From: an uncultured bacterium
GTDB taxonomy: Bacteria; Actinomycetota; Acidimicrobiia; Spongiisociales; UBA5794
Assembly (NCBI GenBank): GCA_963801165.1
Contig: CAWDDT010000009.1
Span: 288,001-352,000, forward strand
Direction: 5' to 3'
Length of the DNA stretch: 64,000 nucleotides
In this document: piece after piece, positions 27,520 through 37,723 of the stretch
How the letters are laid out: each line of letters begins with the position of its first letter
Numbering within the stretch: the stretch's first letter is position 1
Position numbers and translations under genes: made by a program
Notes under the pieces: model-generated
Database searches by the model: none
What the model saw: the letters and a program-made list of their open reading frames with translations, nothing else
What the model was told of the DNA's origin: nothing

Positions 27520-28662
27520 ATGGGTACAGAAGGGTCTGTCGAGACAGTCATCTCGCTCGGTTCGAGTATCGAGAAGGAGCGCCATCTTCCTGAGGCGATC
27601 CGGTTGCTGCGGCGTCACCGTCGCATCGAGGTGACCAACGTGAGTCGTTTCTTCGAGAGCGCCGCCGTCGGCGGGCCACCCGATGCCCCCGACTTCTTCA
27701 ATGCGGCCGTTGTTGCCCGCACCGACCTCACCCCAACCGAGCTGCGCGCCGAGCTCCGTCACATCGAGGACGTGTTGGGCCGCAAGCGCACCGACGACAA
27801 GTCCGCACCACGAACCATCGATCTCGACATTGCCTACTACGGCGATCTCGTCGCCAAGTTCGACGACTGGGAGTTGCCCGACCCGGCTGCGGCGGCGGTG
27901 CCACATGTTGTCATCCCGATCGCCGATGTCGCTCCCGACTGGGTCGATCCGCGGACCCACAGGACGGTGTACCAGCTCATGAGAGCCTTGAGCGACGGCG
28001 GCGGCGACCGGGTTCGTCCGGCAGCGGCGATCCGGCTGGCACACCCGTACGAATCGCGTGGGCCTGAGGACTTCGACCTGGCAGGCGATGTATACGCACC
28101 GCAACTCGAAGCGCTGGTGCGGGCCCAACTCCTGGAGCTGGGGGAGAACCCGGATCGCGAAGGGCTCGTCCGCACGCCGCTCAGGGTCGCCCAGGCGCTC
28201 GACTTCCTGACCAACGGCTATGCGACCTCGCTCGAGGAGGTGGTCAACGGAGCAGTCTTCAGCGCCGAAGGCGCCGACGAGATGGTGCTGGTGAGGGATA
28301 TCGAGTTCTACTCGATGTGCGAGCACCACATGCTCCCGTTCTTCGGCAAGGCGGCCGTTGCCTACATCCCGAAGGGCAAGATCATCGGTCTCTCCAAGGT
28401 CGCCCGAATCGTCGATCTATATGCTCGCCGGTTCCAGGTCCAGGAGCGGATGACCAACCAGATCGCCGACGCCCTGTGGGACGTGCTCGAGCCGCTCGGT
28501 GTCGGTGTCGTGATCGAGGGCCAGCACCTGTGCATGATGATGCGGGGGGTGCAAAAGCAGGACAGCTCGACGGTGACGAGTGCCATGAGGGGAACGTTCA
28601 AGAAGGATCCCCGCACCAGAGCCGAGTTCCTCGATCTGGCCACAACCGGCACTCACCGTTAG
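27520..28662 (+). CDS. folE: FolK (HPPK) - FolE (GTP cyclohydrolase I) fusion
   Basis: N-half [27 protein letters not shown]; C-half [47 protein letters not shown]; one continuous frame. Confidence 0.9.
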   Translation: MGTEGSVETVISLGSSIEKERHLPEAIRLLRRHRRIEVTNVSRFFESAAVGGPPDAPDFFNAAVVARTDLTPTELRAELRHIEDVLGRKRTDDKSAPRTIDLDIAYYGDLVAKFDDWELPDPAAAAVPHVVIPIADVAPDWVDPRTHRTVYQLMRALSDGGGDRVRPAAAIRLAHPYESRGPEDFDLAGDVYAPQLEALVRAQLLELGENPDREGLVRTPLRVAQALDFLTNGYATSLEEVVNGAVFSAEGADEMVLVRDIEFYSMCEHHMLPFFGKAAVAYIPKGKIIGLSKVARIVDLYARRFQVQERMTNQIADALWDVLEPLGVGVVIEGQHLCMMMRGVQKQDSSTVTSAMRGTFKKDPRTRAEFLDLATTGTHR

Positions 28663-28689
28663 CTGGATGGCGTCACCGACGCCATCCAG
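28663..28689 (+). terminator. GC-rich hairpin after folK-folE
   Basis: CTGGATGGCGTC-ACC-GACGCCATCCAG, perfect 12-bp stem, no U-tract. Confidence 0.5.
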
Positions 28690-28720
28690 GGTGCGTGTTA
28701 CTGGGTAATCTCATGGTGCA

Positions 28721-29725
28721 ATGACTCTTGTAGACACCCGCGGCCGTACCCTGCGCGATCTTCGCATCTCGATCACCGATCGATGCAACTTCCGCTGCCG
28801 GTACTGCATGCCAAAAGAGATCTTCAACCGCGAGTACGAGTTCCTGAAACGGGAGCTTTTGCTCTCCTTCGAGGAGATCACCAGGCTCACCACGGTCTTT
28901 CATTCCCAGGGCGTGGAGAAGGTTCGCATCACCGGTGGCGAACCGCTTCTACGCAATGGTGTAGAAGAGCTGGTCGGGAAACTCGCCGGGATAGGGCTCG
29001 ACGACCTCACGCTCACCACGAACGGCTCGCTGCTGGCCCGCAAGGCCGAGGCGCTGGCCGAGGCGGGTCTCGGCAGGGTGACGGTGAGCCTCGATTCAAT
29101 GGACCCGGAGGTCTTCGGGGCGATGAACGATGTCGACTTCCCGGTGTCGCGGGTGCTCGCCGGCATCGACGCCGCCGCTGCAGCAGGGCTCACGCCGGTG
29201 AAGGTGAACATGGTGGTGAAACGGGGGGTCAATGCGGACGGAGTGCTGGCAATGGCCGAGCATTTCCGAGGAACCGGGCACATAGTCCGCTTCATCGAGT
29301 TCATGGACGTCGGCACGTCCAACGGATGGCGTCTCGACGACGTGGTGCCTGCCCAAGAGATCCTGAAGACGATCGCGGCCCGGTATCCGATCGAGCCGGT
29401 CGATGCCAACTATGAAGGAGAGGTTGCCGGCCGGTGGCGTTACAAGGACGGTGCCGGGGAGATCGGGGTGATCAGCTCGATATCGAAGCCCTTCTGTGGC
29501 GGCTGCACCCGAGCGCGGCTGTCGGCCGAGGGTGTGCTGTACACGTGTCTGTTTGCCACCGGCGGCATCGACTTCCGGGCGCCGCTGCGCTCGGGTGCCA
29601 CCGATGACGACCTCGTCGAGATGATCAGCGACATCTGGAAGCGGCGCACCGACCGCTACAGCGAGCTGCGTTCGGCGGCCACCCTCGACATGCCCAAGGT
29701 GGAGATGAGCTACATCGGCGGTTGA
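28721..29725 (+). CDS. moaA: GTP 3',8-cyclase (radical SAM)
   Basis: LRISITDRCNFRCRYCMP, TGGEPL, FCGGCTRARLSAEG.LYTCLF, C-terminal MSYIGG. Confidence 0.97.
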   Translation: MTLVDTRGRTLRDLRISITDRCNFRCRYCMPKEIFNREYEFLKRELLLSFEEITRLTTVFHSQGVEKVRITGGEPLLRNGVEELVGKLAGIGLDDLTLTTNGSLLARKAEALAEAGLGRVTVSLDSMDPEVFGAMNDVDFPVSRVLAGIDAAAAAGLTPVKVNMVVKRGVNADGVLAMAEHFRGTGHIVRFIEFMDVGTSNGWRLDDVVPAQEILKTIAARYPIEPVDANYEGEVAGRWRYKDGAGEIGVISSISKPFCGGCTRARLSAEGVLYTCLFATGGIDFRAPLRSGATDDDLVEMISDIWKRRTDRYSELRSAATLDMPKVEMSYIGG

Positions 29726-29765
29726 ACATATTGAATCGGCCGGTCCGGTTCCGTACGTTCGAGCC

Positions 29766-30416
29766 ATGACCGATCACACCGACTTCGAAGAGCTCGAGCA
29801 AATCCCCTGGGCGTCGCTCGCTGCTCAGACGCCCGACCCCAGGGCTCGCTACCTGAGTATCGCCGCATTGGCCGTTGTCCTCCTGGCTGCCGCTGCGTGG
29901 CTGACCTTGCGGGGCGGGGGAGCACCCGCCGCGGCGGCCCTTCCGGCCACCACCACCACCACCACCACGGCGCCGGCGGCGGTCCCTGCCACCGTCGCTG
30001 AGACGACCACGACGGAGCCGGTTGTCTACTCAGAGGCCGACCTCATGTCCATCGACATCGGCGACGAGGAACGGCTCGCCGTGGCCCAGGCCGAGTGGCT
30101 GGTGCGCGACTATCTCACGGTCGACGGTGATCCCGTCGTTGCCGACCGGATCGGTGCGTTGCTGCCCGATGTCGAGCGCGACGATACGGGTACCTATGTG
30201 GAATGGGCAAAGGCGTTTGCGGTGACGTCGGGGGAGCCGGGCCACTACCGGGTCGAGGTGGTCTACCGGATACTCAGCGAGACGGAGGCCGGCTTTGTCA
30301 GGCAGCCTGCGGCCGCGCTCGCAGTCGATCTGAGCATCGACGTCGATGGTACGGCCCGTCTCGAGGTACCCCCGGAAGAGATCCCGGTGCCGGTGCTAGA
30401 GGGCCTGGAGGGGTAG
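29766..30416 (+). CDS. Hypothetical single-pass membrane protein with Thr-rich linker
   Basis: One TM helix, poly-Thr, acidic C-terminal domain. Confidence 0.7.
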   Translation: MTDHTDFEELEQIPWASLAAQTPDPRARYLSIAALAVVLLAAAAWLTLRGGGAPAAAALPATTTTTTTAPAAVPATVAETTTTEPVVYSEADLMSIDIGDEERLAVAQAEWLVRDYLTVDGDPVVADRIGALLPDVERDDTGTYVEWAKAFAVTSGEPGHYRVEVVYRILSETEAGFVRQPAAALAVDLSIDVDGTARLEVPPEEIPVPVLEGLEG

Positions 30417-30500
30417 CACCGTCTCTACAGCCGAGCCGAAGTCCGCAGAGACGTTCGTCGCATGGACGCCACGAGGTTTGGCACCTGTTTGAATGCGTGG

Positions 30501-31397
30501 ATGAATCGTGGGATTGCGCTCGGAGTCGGCGCCTATCTGTGTTGGGGCGTTCTGCCGATCTATTGGAAGGCGCTCGATTCTGTCGGTGCTGCCGAGATCC
30601 TGGCGCACCGGTTCGTATGGTCGATCGTCTTCCTGACCCTGGTGCTCACCGCCCGCAAGAGCTGGTCGCGGATAGCTGCCCTCCCGCCGCGGGTGATAGG
30701 AAGACTGCTGCTTGCCGGGCTACTCCTCGCCGTCAACTGGGGGACGTACATCTGGGCGGTAAACAACGGGCACATCGTCGAGGCGAGTCTCGGCTACTTC
30801 ATCAACCCGCTTCTCAACGTGGTGCTCGGCGTGGTCATCCTGCGGGAGCGGCTCGACCCGGGCCAGTGGGCAGCTGTTGCGATTGCTACCGCCGGCGTCG
30901 GCTACATGACCATCGAAGTCGGCTCGCTTCCCTGGATCGCCCTCGTGCTTGCGGGTTCCTTTGCTCTCTACGCTCTCTGGAAGAAACAGCTCGTAGGCGT
31001 GGGGCCGATAGAGAGCCTCACCGTCGAGATCTCGGTGATCTTCGTCCCGGCGCTCGGGTTTCTCATTGCCAGGGGTGTCACAGGAACAGGGTCCTTCATA
31101 GCCGATGGGTCGAAGACAACGCTGCTGCTGGCTCTCACCGGCGTTGCCACCGCGGTGCCTCTGATGCTCTTTGGTGCCGCCGCGCAACGCATCAAGTTGT
31201 CGACCGTGGGGATCCTCCAATACATCGCCCCGTCTCTGCAATTCCTGATCGGCGTGTTCATCTACAACGAGGAGGTCACCGGGCACCAGTTGGTCGGTTT
31301 CATCCTGGTGTGGATTGCCCTCGCCGTTTTCACCGGCCACGGCTTGCTCCGCTCCCGGCATCAGAATGTGGGTTCGCTCGTCGTGGGCGAGCTGTAG
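30501..31397 (+). CDS. rarD: EamA family transporter RarD
   Basis: AYLCWG.LPIYWK, EILAHR..WS, EASLGYFINPL, G.LQYIAP. Confidence 0.92.
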   Translation: MNRGIALGVGAYLCWGVLPIYWKALDSVGAAEILAHRFVWSIVFLTLVLTARKSWSRIAALPPRVIGRLLLAGLLLAVNWGTYIWAVNNGHIVEASLGYFINPLLNVVLGVVILRERLDPGQWAAVAIATAGVGYMTIEVGSLPWIALVLAGSFALYALWKKQLVGVGPIESLTVEISVIFVPALGFLIARGVTGTGSFIADGSKTTLLLALTGVATAVPLMLFGAAAQRIKLSTVGILQYIAPSLQFLIGVFIYNEEVTGHQLVGFILVWIALAVFTGHGLLRSRHQNVGSLVVGEL

Positions 31398-31424
31398 GCT
31401 GTGGCTCGTCGAGCCGAGGCACCG

Positions 31425-31487
31425 ATGCGCAAGTAACCCCAGAAGCATCCGCGACGTCTTTGTGCGTCCCCTCTCCTGGAGTTACCA
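31425..31487 (+). promoter_or_regulatory. uORF (MRK*) and RBS-sequestering hairpin, candidate translational attenuator
   Basis: GAGG-N5-ATG CGC AAG TAA (31425-31436); 31433-31445 pairs with 31473-31485, covering the GGAG SD. Confidence 0.6.
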
Positions 31488-32981
31488 ATGCCCGCTGTGC
31501 ACCTTCGCGATCTCTGTTTTCGTTACACATCCGACGTTCCCGTCATAATCGACGCGGCCTTCTCCCTCGGTGCCGGTTGGACCGGCGTCGTCGGCGCCAA
31601 CGGTGCCGGCAAGACCACGCTGCTACGCCTGATCGAAGGGTCGCTCTCTGCGACCGCGGGCACCGTCATCCTCGATCCGAGCGACGGCGTTGTCGTCCAT
31701 TGCCCGCAGACGGCAGACACGATCGATGGGAACATCTCGGCTCTCTCGGAGGCGCGGGATGGCGCCGCCCGTGCGCTGCTCGGCAAGTTGGATCTGGATC
31801 GCTCCGACCTCGATCGCTGGCCCAGCCTGTCGCCGGGGGAGAAGAAGCGCTGGCAGATTGCCGGTGCTCTCCACCGCAATCCCGACATGTTGTTGCTCGA
31901 TGAGCCGACCAACCATCTCGACGCTGCCGCCCGGCACCTGTTGCTCGCTGCATTGCGGCCGTATCGCGGGGTGGGGCTGGTGGTGTCTCACGATCGCACG
32001 GTGCTCAACGGCCTCTGCCGGAGGATCCTGCGAGTCGAGCGGGGCTCGGCAGAGCTGTGGCACGGGGGCTACGACATGGCCCGGTCCGGGTGGGAGGCAC
32101 AGGAGGACGAGCTGATCAGGGCCTACGAGCACGTGATTACAGAACGCAAGAAGGTGAAGCGGCGTCTGGCGGACAAGAGGAGAGTGACCGCGACCAGGGA
32201 GGCACGCCATCGTCGCCAGCTGCGCACCGCAGGGGTCAAGGACAAGGATGCCCGCTCGATGGAGAAAAAGTCCCGATTCGAAGGCGGGCAGCGCAAGGGG
32301 TCACACGACATCAACCTGCTCCGCGACGAAGCAGAGCGTCTCGAGGAACTGGCATCGGGATACGCCATGCATCGCCGGCTCGGAGGCGAGCTGTCGTTCG
32401 AGTACGAAGCGCCGCGGCGCAACCGGCTGATGTCGTATCGCGGTCCGCTCGTCGCCGGCGATCAGGTGCTCGCCGACTCCGTCGACGTCGCCATCGAGCG
32501 CGGTGATCGGATCCTGCTGGAGGGGCGGAATGGAGCGGGCAAGTCAACGTTGTTGCGGTTGCTGCTCGCCAACTCCTATCTGCCGGAGGAGCGCGTGCTC
32601 TATCTGCCACAGGAGCTCACCGATGGCGAGACGAGGGCTCTGCTGGCCGATGTGGAGACGCTCGATACCGCCACACGAGGGCGGGTCCTCGGCATTGTCG
32701 CTGTCCTCGGCTCGGATCCGAAGCGGGTGCTGGCCACGGACCTGCCGTCACCGGGCGAGGCCCGCAAACTGCTGATCGCAACGGGACTGGGCAGAGGGGT
32801 TTGGCTCCTGCTTCTCGACGAGCCGACCAACCACCTCGACCTACCATCGATCGAGCGGCTCGAGCGTGCGCTGGAGAGCTATCCGGGCGCTGTGGTGGTC
32901 GTCACCCACGACGAGCAGTTCGGGCGGAAGGCAACAGACATCACGTGGCACATCGACAGCGGTGTGTTGGAGATCGAATGA
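31488..32981 (+). CDS. ABC-F family ATPase (ribosome-associated, possible ARE-ABCF)
   Basis: Two NBDs (GANGAGKTT, GRNGAGKST), LLDEPTNHLD twice, basic coiled-coil linker, no TM segments. Confidence 0.88.
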   Translation: MPAVHLRDLCFRYTSDVPVIIDAAFSLGAGWTGVVGANGAGKTTLLRLIEGSLSATAGTVILDPSDGVVVHCPQTADTIDGNISALSEARDGAARALLGKLDLDRSDLDRWPSLSPGEKKRWQIAGALHRNPDMLLLDEPTNHLDAAARHLLLAALRPYRGVGLVVSHDRTVLNGLCRRILRVERGSAELWHGGYDMARSGWEAQEDELIRAYEHVITERKKVKRRLADKRRVTATREARHRRQLRTAGVKDKDARSMEKKSRFEGGQRKGSHDINLLRDEAERLEELASGYAMHRRLGGELSFEYEAPRRNRLMSYRGPLVAGDQVLADSVDVAIERGDRILLEGRNGAGKSTLLRLLLANSYLPEERVLYLPQELTDGETRALLADVETLDTATRGRVLGIVAVLGSDPKRVLATDLPSPGEARKLLIATGLGRGVWLLLLDEPTNHLDLPSIERLERALESYPGAVVVVTHDEQFGRKATDITWHIDSGVLEIE

Positions 32982-33880
32982 CAATGCACGAAAACGAGCT
33001 GACGGTGACCGTCGATACGGTGCACGAAATGGTCGGTCGCCAGTTCCCCGAGTGGGCGTGTCTCCCGATTAGGCGGGTTTCGCCGGGGGGAACCGTCAAC
33101 GCGATCTTCCGGGTAGGCGAAGAGCTCGCAGCCCGGTTCCCGCTGCAGCCCGGTGATGTTGAGGACGCACATCGCCGGCTCGTGTCTGAGGCCGCCGCCG
33201 CTCGCGAGCTGCTCGGCCACACCCGCTTTCCCACGCCAGAGCCGGTGGCGATTGGTGAGCCCGGCGACGTCTACCCGTTGCCATGGTCGGTGCAGACGTG
33301 GGTGCCGGGCAAGACCGCACGCCCGGACGACCCGTCGCTATCCGGCGGTTTCGTTCACGATATCGCGGAGCTCATCGCGGATGTCCGAGCGATCCCCGTC
33401 AATGGCCGCGTCTTCTCCGGCGGTGGACGCGGTGGCGACCTCGAATCGCACGACGACTGGATGGAGCTGTGTTTTCGGCGGAGTGTGGCGCTGACTGACG
33501 TTCCCCGACTTCGCGGCATTTGGGCGCGTCTTCGCAAGCTGCCCCGAGATGCGCCCGATGTGATGACCCATGGGGACCTCATCCCCGGGAATGTGCTCGT
33601 AGATGATGGGAGGCTCGTCGGAGTCCTCGATGTCGGCGGGCTGGGTCCCGCCGACCCCGCCCTCGATCTGGTTGCGGCCTGGCATCTCCTCGAGACACGT
33701 CCTCGCCTGCTGCTTCGCGATGTCCTTGGCTGTGACGAGCTCGAGTGGCAACGCGGCAAGGCATGGGCGCTTGAGCAGGCGATGGGTGCGATCTGGTACT
33801 ACGTAGAGAGCAATGCGGCGATGAGCCTCATGGGCCGATGCACCCTCGAGCGCATCCTTGCCGACGAGTCGAGCGACTGA
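32978..33880 (+). CDS. Aminoglycoside phosphotransferase (APH) family protein
   Basis: QFPEW, GTVNAIFR, YPLPWSV, HGDLIPGN, LDVG..GPADPALDL; ATGA-coupled to the ABC-F gene. Confidence 0.88.
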   Translation: MTMHENELTVTVDTVHEMVGRQFPEWACLPIRRVSPGGTVNAIFRVGEELAARFPLQPGDVEDAHRRLVSEAAAARELLGHTRFPTPEPVAIGEPGDVYPLPWSVQTWVPGKTARPDDPSLSGGFVHDIAELIADVRAIPVNGRVFSGGGRGGDLESHDDWMELCFRRSVALTDVPRLRGIWARLRKLPRDAPDVMTHGDLIPGNVLVDDGRLVGVLDVGGLGPADPALDLVAAWHLLETRPRLLLRDVLGCDELEWQRGKAWALEQAMGAIWYYVESNAAMSLMGRCTLERILADESSD

Positions 33881-33941
33881 ACCTCCCGCGACCGATCCGG
33901 CGTCCATCCAGCCACGGCCGCCGGTCCGGGCGCCGCAAGCG

Positions 33942-34202
33942 CTAGTTGAGCTCGAAATGCTCTGCGATTGCTTGGCGGGCCGGCTCGATAATGGATTCCC
34001 AGGCGGCGTCCGGTAGTTTGTTGATCGTGATGAAGTCCGCCGTGAGAAACACGCTTGTTACCCCGGGGAGTTCGACCAGGGTCGACCCCAGCGGGTCGTC
34101 GATCGGCCGACCCGGCACGTACGTCGTCGGACCACCGACCGGGACTCCGACGGTGAACTTCACTGCATTTGGGTTCGGCGTTGGACTGACTGAGACCGGC
34201 AT
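33942..34202 (-). CDS. NifU/Nfu N-terminal domain protein
   Basis: SPTPNPNAVKF, GVTSVFLTADFITINK, W motif. Confidence 0.85.
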   Translation of the reverse strand: MPVSVSPTPNPNAVKFTVGVPVGGPTTYVPGRPIDDPLGSTLVELPGVTSVFLTADFITINKLPDAAWESIIEPARQAIAEHFELN

Positions 34203-34235
34203 CGCATCCTCGCGCATCGTGTGTGGGGATGGTAC

Positions 34236-36170
34236 ATGACCGGTGACGCGGTTCCGCTCGGCGCCGACGTAGGCGGGACTTTCACGGACCTGGTCGGCTG
34301 GGACGGCACCCGGATCGTGACCGGCAAGGTGCCCTCGACGCCGGATGATCAGAGCGTCGCAGTGGTTGCCGGCGCCGTCGGGCTTGGTGTGTCCGCCGAT
34401 CGTTTCCTGCACGGAACCACCGTCGCCACCAACGCCCTGTTGGAGCGACGAGGAGCCGAAACCTCGCTCGTCACGTCACGGGGCTTTGCCGACGTCATCG
34501 AGATCGGCAGACAGGACCGTCCCTCGCTCTACGACAGCTTCGCCGATCGACCCGAGCCGCTCGTGGCCCGGCGGCGACGCTACGAGGTCGACGGACCAGA
34601 TGACATTGACGACAGCATTGCCGGGTCGGCAGCAGTGGCCATTTCCCTGCTGTACGGGTTCCGCAACGGCGCCGCAGAAAGGGAGTTGGCCGGGGCACTG
34701 CGGGAGCGCTGGCCCCACCTCGCCATATCGTTGTCGAGCGAGGTCGCTCCCGAGTTCCGCGAGTTCGAGCGGACCTCCACGACGATTCTCAACGCCTACC
34801 TGGCTCCGGAGACCGGCAAGTACCTGGGACGGCTCGTGAGTCGTGCCGCGGACGCCGGTCTTCCTGCGGCGATCGAGGTAATGCGCTCCTCCGGCGGTCT
34901 GATGCCAATTGCCGAGGCGGTAGCGCTTCCCGCGGCGATCCTGCTCTCGGGCCCGGCGGCGGGCGTCGTCGCCGCGGCGGCGGTCGGTGAATCGCTGGGA
35001 CGCACCCGGCTGGTTTCCTTCGACATGGGCGGGACGTCGACCGATGTGTGCCGGATCGAAGGGGGACGCCCCGAGGTTCTCTACGAGCGACCGGTAGCCG
35101 GCTATCCATGCCGAATGCCGTCGGCGGCCATCCACACCGTTGGTGCCGGTGGAGGTTCGGTAGCCTGGATCGACGGCGGGGGATCGCTCCGGGTCGGCCC
35201 GCGATCGTCGGGGGCGCAGCCGGGGCCCGCCTGCTACGGGCACGGGGGCACCGAGCCGGCAGTCACCGATGCCAACGTCGCACTGGGCAGGGTCAACCCC
35301 GCGGGCAATCTTGCCGGGTCACTTCGAGTGCGTGGCGATCTGGCACAGACGGCGTTGCGAACCGTGGGTGACTCGCTCGGTTTGTCCCTGCCGGCGACCG
35401 CGCTCGGTGTGGTGACGGTGGTCGAGGAGATCATGGCGGGGGCGATTCGCACCGTGTCAATTGAGCAAGGTGCCGATCCCCGCCAGGGCTACCTGGTCGC
35501 ATTCGGCGGAGCCGGTGGGTTGCACGCCACCGCGCTCGCACGCCGTCTCGACATGGCCGGGGTGATCGTTCCGCCGTATGCGGGCGTGTTCTCGGCCCTC
35601 GGGTTGCTGCTGAGCCCGCCGCGTGCCGATGCCGCTCGGTCGGTGCGTATGGAAAACGGTGACCAGCTCGACGGCGAGATCGCCGGAATCATCACGGAAG
35701 CCGGGGACCGAATGCGGCGCGGAGGGTCGGAGCCCGAGACGACGCTTGCCTATGCCGACGTTCGCTACCTCGGTCAGGCGCACGAGACGACGGTGCCGTA
35801 TGCCCCCGGTGACGGCTGGGATGTGCTGCTCGCCCGGTTCCACGAGTTGCACGAGGTTCGCAATGGATTCGCCCGAGCCGGTGATCCGGTAGAGGTGGTG
35901 ACGGTTCGCGCCGAGAGTGTGGGTCGCCCGATCCTCACCTGGTCGGATCTGCCCGAGGTGCGACCCGGCGGTGTAGTCGACCTGCCGCCGCGCCGGGTGC
36001 TCACCGACGCAGGGGAAGTAGAGGCCCGGGTGGTCAGCCGGTCAGGTCTCGGCGCCGGCGACGAGATCGTCGGTCCCGCCGTCATCGAGGAGCGGGAAGC
36101 CACCACCTATCTGGGATCTGCCGAGCGCGCCGTGGTGACGGCAACCGGAGCGCTGGAGGTGGAATGGTGA
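34236..36170 (+). CDS. Hydantoinase A / oxoprolinase family subunit
   Basis: DVGGTFTD, HGTTVATNALLER, SGPAAGV, DMGGTSTDV, GAGGGS, AFGGAG. Confidence 0.93.
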   Translation: MTGDAVPLGADVGGTFTDLVGWDGTRIVTGKVPSTPDDQSVAVVAGAVGLGVSADRFLHGTTVATNALLERRGAETSLVTSRGFADVIEIGRQDRPSLYDSFADRPEPLVARRRRYEVDGPDDIDDSIAGSAAVAISLLYGFRNGAAERELAGALRERWPHLAISLSSEVAPEFREFERTSTTILNAYLAPETGKYLGRLVSRAADAGLPAAIEVMRSSGGLMPIAEAVALPAAILLSGPAAGVVAAAAVGESLGRTRLVSFDMGGTSTDVCRIEGGRPEVLYERPVAGYPCRMPSAAIHTVGAGGGSVAWIDGGGSLRVGPRSSGAQPGPACYGHGGTEPAVTDANVALGRVNPAGNLAGSLRVRGDLAQTALRTVGDSLGLSLPATALGVVTVVEEIMAGAIRTVSIEQGADPRQGYLVAFGGAGGLHATALARRLDMAGVIVPPYAGVFSALGLLLSPPRADAARSVRMENGDQLDGEIAGIITEAGDRMRRGGSEPETTLAYADVRYLGQAHETTVPYAPGDGWDVLLARFHELHEVRNGFARAGDPVEVVTVRAESVGRPILTWSDLPEVRPGGVVDLPPRRVLTDAGEVEARVVSRSGLGAGDEIVGPAVIEEREATTYLGSAERAVVTATGALEVEW

Positions 36171-37723
36171 CTGACCCGATCACCCTCGAAGTCGCTAGGA
36201 ACCGTCTCGCCGCCATCGCCACGGAGATGGGCGTGGTGCTGCGCCGCACCGCATACTCACCGAATATCAAGGAGCGAGCCGACTGCTCTGCTGCAGTGTT
36301 CGTACCCTCCGGCGAGATGCTCGCCCAGGCGGAGCACATTCCCGTCCACCTCGGATCGATGCCGGCGTCGGTGGCAGCGGTCCTGGACGTCTTCGGCACC
36401 GACGTGGAGCCGGATACCCAGTATGCGGTGAACGATCCGTTTCACGGCGGTACCCATCTCAACGATCTGACGCTGGTCAGACCGGTGCATCTGGAGGGCT
36501 CGCTGATCGGATGGGTCGCGAACCGGGCGCACCACGCCGATGTCGGCGGCGAGGCGCCCGGGTCCATGCCGGCGCATGCCGTCGAGGTCGACCAGGAGGG
36601 ACACCGGGTGGCGCCGACGGCCGCAGTGCGCGCCGGTGAGTGGCTCCCGGAGTTCGTCGAGCCGTTCCTGGCGGCCACCCGCACCCCGGCGGAGCGCCTC
36701 GGCGATCTATCCGCACAGCTCGGGGCTAACGAAGCGGGTGCGCAACGTGTCCTGGACCTGGCGTCAGCAGAGGGCAAGAACCGGTATCTGGAAGTCGCCA
36801 CCGGTCTACTCGACTACGGAGAACGCCGGATGCGCTCCGCCATCGAAGAGCTCCCCGACGGTCGATACGAGTTCATCGACTATATGGAATGGCGCGACGA
36901 GGATCTTCCCATCCGGGTCGCCGTCACCATCGACGGATCAGAGCTGAGTGCCGATTTCGCCGGCAGCAACTCGCAGATCGCAGGAAACATCAACGCGGTC
37001 GAGGCGGTGACCCGATCGTGCCTCTACTACGCGGTCCGGGTCGCCACCGATCCCTCGATCCCGGCCAACGGCGGCTGCTATCGCCCGTTGTCGTTGCTTG
37101 CGCCTGCCGGATCGCTCGTGAACGCGAACCCTCCAGCTGCGGTAGCGGCAGGGAACGTCGAGACCAGTCAGCGGATCGCCGACACGCTGTTGGGGGCGCT
37201 GGCGCAGGCCGCCCCGGATCGCGTGCCGGCTGCGGGCCAGGGAACCATGAACAACGTGCTCATCGGCAATGACGACTTCGCCTACTACGAGACGGTGGGT
37301 GGTGGCCAGGGTGGGCGCCCGGGACGAGCGGGGATGTCCGGGGTGCACACCGGGATGACCAACACCAAGAACACGCCGATCGAGTCGCTAGAAGCGCACT
37401 ATCCATTTCGGGTCGTTCGGTACGGGCTCCGACGGGGAAGCGGTGGTGTCGGGCAGTTCCCCGGCGGGGAGGGCATCGTGCGTGAGATCGAGTTTGGTAC
37501 CGCGGCCATGGTGTCTCTGATCGGCGAGCGTCGCCGCAACCGGCCGTGGGGGCTCAACGGCGGGGAGCCGGGGGCAACCGGCGAGGACTGGCTGATCCGG
37601 CGCAACGGTGGGCGGGAGCGGCTGCCGGGCAAGACGACTATCGAGGTCGAGCCAGGGGACCGCCTTCTGGTGTTGACGCCGGGTGGTGGGGGATGGGGTG
37701 TCAGCGAAGCTTCGCTTCGCTGA
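36164..37723 (+). CDS. Hydantoinase B / oxoprolinase family subunit
   Basis: RTAYSPNIKERADCS, HIPVHLGSM, NDPFHGGTHLND, GNVETSQR, TPGGGGWG. Confidence 0.93.
   Translation: MVTDPITLEVARNRLAAIATEMGVVLRRTAYSPNIKERADCSAAVFVPSGEMLAQAEHIPVHLGSMPASVAAVLDVFGTDVEPDTQYAVNDPFHGGTHLNDLTLVRPVHLEGSLIGWVANRAHHADVGGEAPGSMPAHAVEVDQEGHRVAPTAAVRAGEWLPEFVEPFLAATRTPAERLGDLSAQLGANEAGAQRVLDLASAEGKNRYLEVATGLLDYGERRMRSAIEELPDGRYEFIDYMEWRDEDLPIRVAVTIDGSELSADFAGSNSQIAGNINAVEAVTRSCLYYAVRVATDPSIPANGGCYRPLSLLAPAGSLVNANPPAAVAAGNVETSQRIADTLLGALAQAAPDRVPAAGQGTMNNVLIGNDDFAYYETVGGGQGGRPGRAGMSGVHTGMTNTKNTPIESLEAHYPFRVVRYGLRRGSGGVGQFPGGEGIVREIEFGTAAMVSLIGERRRNRPWGLNGGEPGATGEDWLIRRNGGRERLPGKTTIEVEPGDRLLVLTPGGGGWGVSEASLR

Noticed and set aside
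28721-29725. Functional link between MoaA-derived 5'-deoxyadenosine and the salvage island
   Set aside because: Separated by unrelated genes, no shared operator and no nucleosidase; proximity alone is insufficient
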